Under the pieces are notes generated by a model, which was not told where the DNA came from, did no database searches, and saw only the letters and a program-made list of their open reading frames with translations. Below, piece after piece: positions 38,215 to 43,329 of a stretch of DNA of 43,329 nt. A program made the position numbers and the translations under genes. Position 1 is the first letter of the stretch; each line of letters begins with the position of its first letter. Source of the stretch: a virus (taxonomy: Duplodnaviria > Caudoviricetes); IMG/VR virus record IMGVR_UViG_3300016471_000283, positions 1 through 43,329 of that record; one strand, written 5' to 3'.

Positions 38215-41200
38215 ATGGCGGCACCACTAACACTTTCATATTCTGTCACAGGAACTTGTCAAAATGTAAACCCCGGGTCTGTTCAAATTTATGCTAGTGG
38301 GGGAATAGAACCATATTTTTACACTTGGTTAGATCCGTTACAATTTACTAGTTCTTTTGTTACAGGATTAGGATCTGGGGTTTATAACGTATTAGTAAAT
38401 GATAGTGCCGCCCCAGTAAATAATTCTATTTATTTAAGTGTTTCTGTATCAAGTGGAATATGTTTAAGTTTGGTTACATCTGCAAATACAACTTGTGGCG
38501 ATTCAAATGGTTTTATAGTTGTTTCAGCAAAAACCGATTACACTCAGATTAATTATTTTCTTATAGATAATAATAATAATAATAATATTATATCTTCACT
38601 TGAAAATAATCAATTTATTGCAACATTTGATAATTTAAGTGCTGGGACATATACCGTATTAGCAAAAAGTTTGGCAGGTTGTTCTGCTAAAACAGAAACA
38701 ATTATTATAAATTCAGGTAAAACTATAAATTTTGGTTTTTATACTGTAAATAATACTTCTTGTGATTTGAATTCTATTGGTAAAATTTTTATTACAGGTC
38801 TTACAGGTAATGGTCCATTTATTTATAATTGGAGTAATGGTTTTACTGGGTCATCAATAACAGGATTAACTGAGGGGGTATATGGTTGTACTGTAACAAG
38901 TGCGGATAATTGTGTTTTAACTAAAACAACTTCTGTAGGGTTAGAACCCTCATTAGGCCTAGGATTTTGGAGCGCATTAACAACACCAACGTGTTTCAAT
39001 AATGATGGATCTCTTGTATTAAAAATAACAGGTGGAACGGGTCCTTATTATTATTCGGCCTCGAATAGTAATATTATAATCTCTTACGATCAAACACAAA
39101 CATTTACAAACTTACCTGAAGGAATATTCACTGTAAATGTCACAGATGCTACATTTTGTAAACAAATTTTTTCTACAAATATTGATAATTTAAATACAAT
39201 AAATAATGTAACTTTTATAGTTAATGATTCTTTTTGTAGTTTGACTAATGGATCAATAATAATTCAAATATTCGGCGGGACACCACCATTTACTTATACA
39301 TTATCAGGGGTTAATAGTTCAGAAATTGTTACAACTAACAGTGTTGAATATAGTTTTAATAATTTGAGTTCAGGCGATTATAATATTACTGTTACAAATA
39401 TAGGGTTATGTACTTATACAAAAAATTTTACAGTTTTAACTCAGAATAAATTTACACATAATATTAATGTAATTGCCACTACTTGTGGAAACAATAATGG
39501 TATTTTGACAATAGATATAAGTTCTGGTGGTACACCACCATATATGTATGAACTTTCTAATGGATTTGCAACTCAAACTCCACAAACAATTTATTCTTTT
39601 TCTAATTTATCTTCTGGACCATATTTTTATAGTGTCACTGATGTTGATGGTTGTCGACAACAAGGTAGTATTTTTATTTCTGCGTCCGAAATGGTTAATT
39701 TTGAACTTTATTCAGTTCCTTGTTTATCTGGTAATAATGGCTCAATAACAGTTTTAATAAGTAGTGGATCTCCGCCATTTATATTTAATTGGTCAAACAA
39801 TGTAATAGATAATCCACAACAAATTTATGTTACTGGTTTAACCGCTGACACATATTCATTATTGATAATAGATGTAAATGGGTGTAGTTATTCTGCAACA
39901 ACAGTAGTTGATTGTTTTGATATTATATCAACATATCAAGTATATGGTATGGCCCAAAATAATTTTTCATATATTTCTAATTCTAGAAGAGGAATGTTAG
40001 AGATGTTAAATCAAGGTTACGCTAATTTAACATCAGGATTAGGTGGTTGCTTACTGAGTGCAACTACATTTACAATACAAAGTCAAATACAAGATACTTT
40101 AATATCTAACTTATTTTTTACAGGAGCTTCGTTATTACAAATTCCTAGTGATACTCAGTGGTATGATGCTGTTTATAGTCTTTTTTCACCATATGCTAAA
40201 GTATTAACTATAAATCAACAAACAACTAATTTAACAATTGAGATACCAAATAATCCTCCGAATCCTGTATTTACTGTTAATTTATTAATTGACTATGTAA
40301 TAAATTGTTTTTCAACACCAACACCGACTAACACACCATCTTTTACACCGACTAACACACCATCTTTTACACCGACTAAAACAACCACTATAACACCTAC
40401 AAGTAGTTTTGGTAATTTACCAACTAATACCGTCACACCATCACAAACTGTTTCTATTTCTAATACAATTACACCAACAATTACACCAACAATTACACCA
40501 ACAATTACCAACACAATAACTCAAACAATTACAAATACTAAAACAGGAACACCAACTATAACTAATAGTCAAACACCGACACTTTCACTGACTTGTTTAG
40601 GTGTCACAGTTAACTGTTATGAATATTTATTAAGTAATATTGGATACGCATCAACCACTTATCAATATAAAGATTGTTCAAATACAACTCAAATTATAAC
40701 AATACTTAGTAATAATTATAGTGTAATTTGTGCCATCCCAAATACAATTTCAAGAATATCTGGAGCGGTTACACCATTCCCTGAAATAATTGATGGTGGT
40801 ACTACTTGTGGTTCTGTGTGTTTACCTATTACACCAACACCAACAAATACAATAGGGATTACACCAACACCAACAAAAACATTAACTAATACGCCTTCAA
40901 ACACGTTAACTAACACACAAACACCAACAAATACTTATACTCCTACTGAAACACCAACAAATACACAAACACCAACAAATACTTATACTCCTACTGAAAC
41001 ACCAACAAATACACAAACACCAACAAATACTTATACTCCTACTGAAACACCAACAAATACACAAACACCAACAAATACTTATACACCATCTAACACTGTA
41101 ACAAATACAAATACACAAACACCAACAAACACTATAACACCAACGACAACAAGTTCGATAACTCCGACACCAACTAACACTATAACAAATACTGTAACAA

Positions 41201-41475
41201 CCACTGTAACAAAAACAAGTGTTACTTCTTATAGCTATAGTAATTTAGGTACTGGTGGTGGTGATATTGAGGCTTGTGGCGAAAGCGGTAATACATTTTA
41301 TGGAATAAGATCGTCATTTGCTAATCTTCAGGAGAATGACATACTTTATATTGACTCTAATTTGACCACACCGGCGGTTGGATTCACTTATGTGTCAGAT
41401 AGTTCTATCTATTACGAGGTTAATGGTACTACTGGGTCAATTGTAGGGATCCAGGCTATGTGTACATTATTTTAA
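38215..41475 (+). CDS. SprB-repeat and Thr/Pro mucin-like putative fibre/adhesin
   Basis: Repeated C...NGSI.I...GG..PY.Y.W/L...NL..G.Y.V.VTD..GC units over about 570 aa, then long TPT repeats and a small C-terminal domain. Confidence 0.75.
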   Translation: MAAPLTLSYSVTGTCQNVNPGSVQIYASGGIEPYFYTWLDPLQFTSSFVTGLGSGVYNVLVNDSAAPVNNSIYLSVSVSSGICLSLVTSANTTCGDSNGFIVVSAKTDYTQINYFLIDNNNNNNIISSLENNQFIATFDNLSAGTYTVLAKSLAGCSAKTETIIINSGKTINFGFYTVNNTSCDLNSIGKIFITGLTGNGPFIYNWSNGFTGSSITGLTEGVYGCTVTSADNCVLTKTTSVGLEPSLGLGFWSALTTPTCFNNDGSLVLKITGGTGPYYYSASNSNIIISYDQTQTFTNLPEGIFTVNVTDATFCKQIFSTNIDNLNTINNVTFIVNDSFCSLTNGSIIIQIFGGTPPFTYTLSGVNSSEIVTTNSVEYSFNNLSSGDYNITVTNIGLCTYTKNFTVLTQNKFTHNINVIATTCGNNNGILTIDISSGGTPPYMYELSNGFATQTPQTIYSFSNLSSGPYFYSVTDVDGCRQQGSIFISASEMVNFELYSVPCLSGNNGSITVLISSGSPPFIFNWSNNVIDNPQQIYVTGLTADTYSLLIIDVNGCSYSATTVVDCFDIISTYQVYGMAQNNFSYISNSRRGMLEMLNQGYANLTSGLGGCLLSATTFTIQSQIQDTLISNLFFTGASLLQIPSDTQWYDAVYSLFSPYAKVLTINQQTTNLTIEIPNNPPNPVFTVNLLIDYVINCFSTPTPTNTPSFTPTNTPSFTPTKTTTITPTSSFGNLPTNTVTPSQTVSISNTITPTITPTITPTITNTITQTITNTKTGTPTITNSQTPTLSLTCLGVTVNCYEYLLSNIGYASTTYQYKDCSNTTQIITILSNNYSVICAIPNTISRISGAVTPFPEIIDGGTTCGSVCLPITPTPTNTIGITPTPTKTLTNTPSNTLTNTQTPTNTYTPTETPTNTQTPTNTYTPTETPTNTQTPTNTYTPTETPTNTQTPTNTYTPSNTVTNTNTQTPTNTITPTTTSSITPTPTNTITNTVTTTVTKTSVTSYSYSNLGTGGGDIEACGESGNTFYGIRSSFANLQENDILYIDSNLTTPAVGFTYVSDSSIYYEVNGTTGSIVGIQAMCTLF
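40321..40379 (+). repeat. 24-bp coding tandem repeat (about 2.5 copies; TPTNTPSF)
   Basis: acaccgactaacacaccatctttt repeated exactly. Confidence 0.85.
40465..40508 (+). repeat. 12-bp coding tandem repeat (acaattacacca, about 3.7 copies; TITP)
   Basis: Direct inspection. Confidence 0.85.
40921..41084 (+). repeat. 48-bp perfect coding tandem repeat (about 3.4 copies; TPTNTYTPTETPTNTQ)
   Basis: Units start at 40921, 40969, 41017 and 41065 (partial). Confidence 0.95.
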
Positions 41476-41480
41476 ATAAT

Positions 41481-42452
41481 ATGGCATTAATTGAAATATC
41501 ATCAATAACTGGAAATTCACCTTATCAGTTATTTGTTTCCGATGTTTATGGAAACAATGAAACTTTTATTGCGTCTTTTTCGGGGGCAGTTCCACCTTCT
41601 CAATATTTTACGTTACCATCTTTATTTGATACAGCCCCTATTGTGTTAATTAAGGTGATAGACTCTAGTGGGTGTATAACATATCATCAAGCAAGTTGTC
41701 AAGTTATTGTACCGTCACCTACCTTAACACAAACTGTCGGGTTTACACCAACACCAACACTTTCTATTACCCCTATTGTCACAAACTCAACCACACCTCC
41801 TATAACACCAACAATTACACCTACAAATAGTATTACACCAAGTGTAACAATCACTCCAACTGTTACCCCTACACCTTCAACTGTATTCATGTATGCGTAT
41901 TTGTTTATAGAACCATTCTCAGGATCAACCGACATTGGTGACTATATGGCAAATGTGGGTAGTGGTTTCTATGGATTCACAAATGGTTTTGGACCAGACA
42001 CTTCATCACCAAATCAATTTAATATTGATATGAATGAATATGTATCGTATAGTGGTTGGACAAACAACTTCCCTTCTGTCAGAAGTCAATTAATACCAAT
42101 ATCATCAGGAGGTTTAGATTCATTTGGTAATGCAAAAATAGCATACAACTTCACAACACATGAGGTTCCGATTGGAACTGTCGAAGGTCTAGCATGGTAC
42201 ACTTGGATAATTATGACTGGTGATACGGGCGGCGGAATACTTAGATCAATTGGATATACGACAGAAGGAAACCCAAATTCATTAACAAATGTGTTTATGG
42301 ACTCCACAATTTACAATAATACATTTACATATACAGGATCAACTATACCTATTGGGACTTATAGGGTTTATACTACTTGGGCGTCAACACCATTTCAAAT
42401 TGATAATTCATCAACAAATATTTTCTTCAAAGGTGACAAAGTATCCTTCTAA
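41481..42452 (+). CDS. Putative virion appendage protein: two domains joined by a Thr/Pro linker
   Basis: ATG 41481 after the upstream TAA (preferred to 41460); TPT linker at about 41715-41880. Confidence 0.7.
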   Translation: MALIEISSITGNSPYQLFVSDVYGNNETFIASFSGAVPPSQYFTLPSLFDTAPIVLIKVIDSSGCITYHQASCQVIVPSPTLTQTVGFTPTPTLSITPIVTNSTTPPITPTITPTNSITPSVTITPTVTPTPSTVFMYAYLFIEPFSGSTDIGDYMANVGSGFYGFTNGFGPDTSSPNQFNIDMNEYVSYSGWTNNFPSVRSQLIPISSGGLDSFGNAKIAYNFTTHEVPIGTVEGLAWYTWIIMTGDTGGGILRSIGYTTEGNPNSLTNVFMDSTIYNNTFTYTGSTIPIGTYRVYTTWASTPFQIDNSSTNIFFKGDKVSF

Positions 42453-42457
42453 AGTAG

Positions 42458-42465
42458 TATTTATC
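42458..42465 (+). promoter_or_regulatory. TATTTATC upstream motif
   Basis: 4 nt before ATG 42470. Confidence 0.45.
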
Positions 42466-42469
42466 AAAA

Positions 42470-43329
42470 ATGAGTTCTTTATCCTATAATAACCCAAATA
42501 CTCCTTATAAAGTAGGAGTCCAAAGTTCTATTCCATCGACTTCAACGATAGGTACAACATTTAGTGTTTTTGACACTGGTGGTTATATGGAATTTTATAA
42601 TTTATCAGATTTAGTATGGCAATATACTGGTGGTACGGGACAAATAACAGGGGCTACAATCCCAATTAATTTTATAAAAGGTAATGGCACGGCTATAAAT
42701 CCAGATTACTTAGTTTTGAATTCAGACAACATTTCAACAGGTAGAAGACGACTAGGAATGTTGGCCTATGTACAAGAAACAGGATTAATATATCAATTCA
42801 CCATACCAAATTATGATTCATTATGGTCAGCAATAACTGGCTTGACAGGATCATCAGCAATAACGGTAACCGATTTTGCAACAATTGTTCGTGCTAATTC
42901 TCAACCAAGTATTGATTTTATCAATGCATGGACGGGATCTTCGATTGATGGTTATGATGCCCCATGGAGTGGTGCTACTTGGAGAGTATTACCAGGTTCT
43001 TATGCCACAATAACAGGTGGTACTTATTTTTCAGCAACATCGATTCTTGAATTGTATAACACAACTGGTGGCACTGTATCAATACCCGTTGAAGGTATAG
43101 CGGGTACTGCAGGAAGTTCAGGCTCAAGTGGAACAAGTGGATCTTCAGGAAGTTCAGGATCATCAGGATCGAGTGGTTCTTCGGGATCTAGTGGAACGAG
43201 TGGTTCATCAGGAAGTTCAGGAACATCAGGGTCAAGTGGAACAAGTGGTTCATCGGGAAGTTCAGGAATATCAGGTTCATCAGGATCTAGTGGAACGAGT
43301 GGTTCATCGGGAAGTTCAGGAACATCAGG
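42470..43329 (+). CDS. Collagen-like (Gly-Ser-Ser/Gly-Thr-Ser) putative tail fibre, truncated by the window end; absent from the ORF track
   Basis: Manual translation MSSLSYNNPNTPYKVG...SDNISTGRRRLGMLAYVQE...VEGIAGTAGSSGSSGTSGSS... shows no stop before the window end. Confidence 0.88.
   Translation, partial: MSSLSYNNPNTPYKVGVQSSIPSTSTIGTTFSVFDTGGYMEFYNLSDLVWQYTGGTGQITGATIPINFIKGNGTAINPDYLVLNSDNISTGRRRLGMLAYVQETGLIYQFTIPNYDSLWSAITGLTGSSAITVTDFATIVRANSQPSIDFINAWTGSSIDGYDAPWSGATWRVLPGSYATITGGTYFSATSILELYNTTGGTVSIPVEGIAGTAGSSGSSGTSGSSGSSGSSGSSGSSGSSGTSGSSGSSGTSGSSGTSGSSGSSGISGSSGSSGTSGSSGSSGTS
43094..43329 (+). repeat. 9-bp-period Gly-X-Y coding repeat (about 26 triplets, continuing past the edge)
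   Basis: GGN codon every third codon, with X and Y almost all Ser or Thr and varied synonymous codons. Confidence 0.92.

Noticed and set aside
38569-38586. (AAT)6 poly-Asn microsatellite
   Set aside because: Short, in-frame and unremarkable in an AT-rich genome.
36985-41084. Tandem repeats as a CRISPR array or DGR template/variable repeats
   Set aside because: Units are contiguous multiples of 3 with no unique spacers, there is no adenine-specific mismatch pair, and no cas or reverse transcriptase gene is present.
137-43163. Short minus-strand and nested alternative-frame ORFs in the track (e.g. 137-448, 17018-17260, 40293-40514, 40906-41118, 42975-43163)
   Set aside because: They overlap long, motif-bearing + strand genes; the VGV and CICW-rich ones are antisense shadows of Thr/Pro repeats.
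1-43329. tRNA, rRNA or structured ncRNA genes
   Set aside because: Intergenic gaps are at most about 80 bp and AT-rich; no cloverleaf or conserved RNA motif was seen.

Overview
AT-rich segment of a large, T4-like contractile-tailed (myo-type) phage genome in the standard genetic code, with every credible gene on the + strand. Order: end of an upstream gene; baseplate core genes (giant tube-initiator-like protein, gp53/LysM-like, giant hub-like protein); two small unknowns; a replication/nucleotide block (gp32-like SSB, UvsX/RecA, RNase H/5'-3' exonuclease, unknown, gp41/DnaB helicase, class Ia RNR beta and alpha, the alpha carrying a 362-aa LAGLIDADG intein at the catalytic Cys); then gp25, gp6 and a long run of wedge and appendage genes, ending in a Gly-Ser-Ser collagen-like ORF that the ORF track missed. 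SprB repeats, the RNR type and SD-less A-rich leaders suggest a Bacteroidota host (inference). The most unusual signals are a strongly enriched [S/T]-G-x-T motif almost confined to virion proteins (candidate modification sequon), a Pro/Thr linker plus cohesin-like domain on the gp7/gpI-like wedge protein followed by an in-frame TAG, an OmpA-like domain inside the tube-initiator fold, and a recurrent TATTTAT upstream motif. All family calls come from motif recognition by eye, not database searches.
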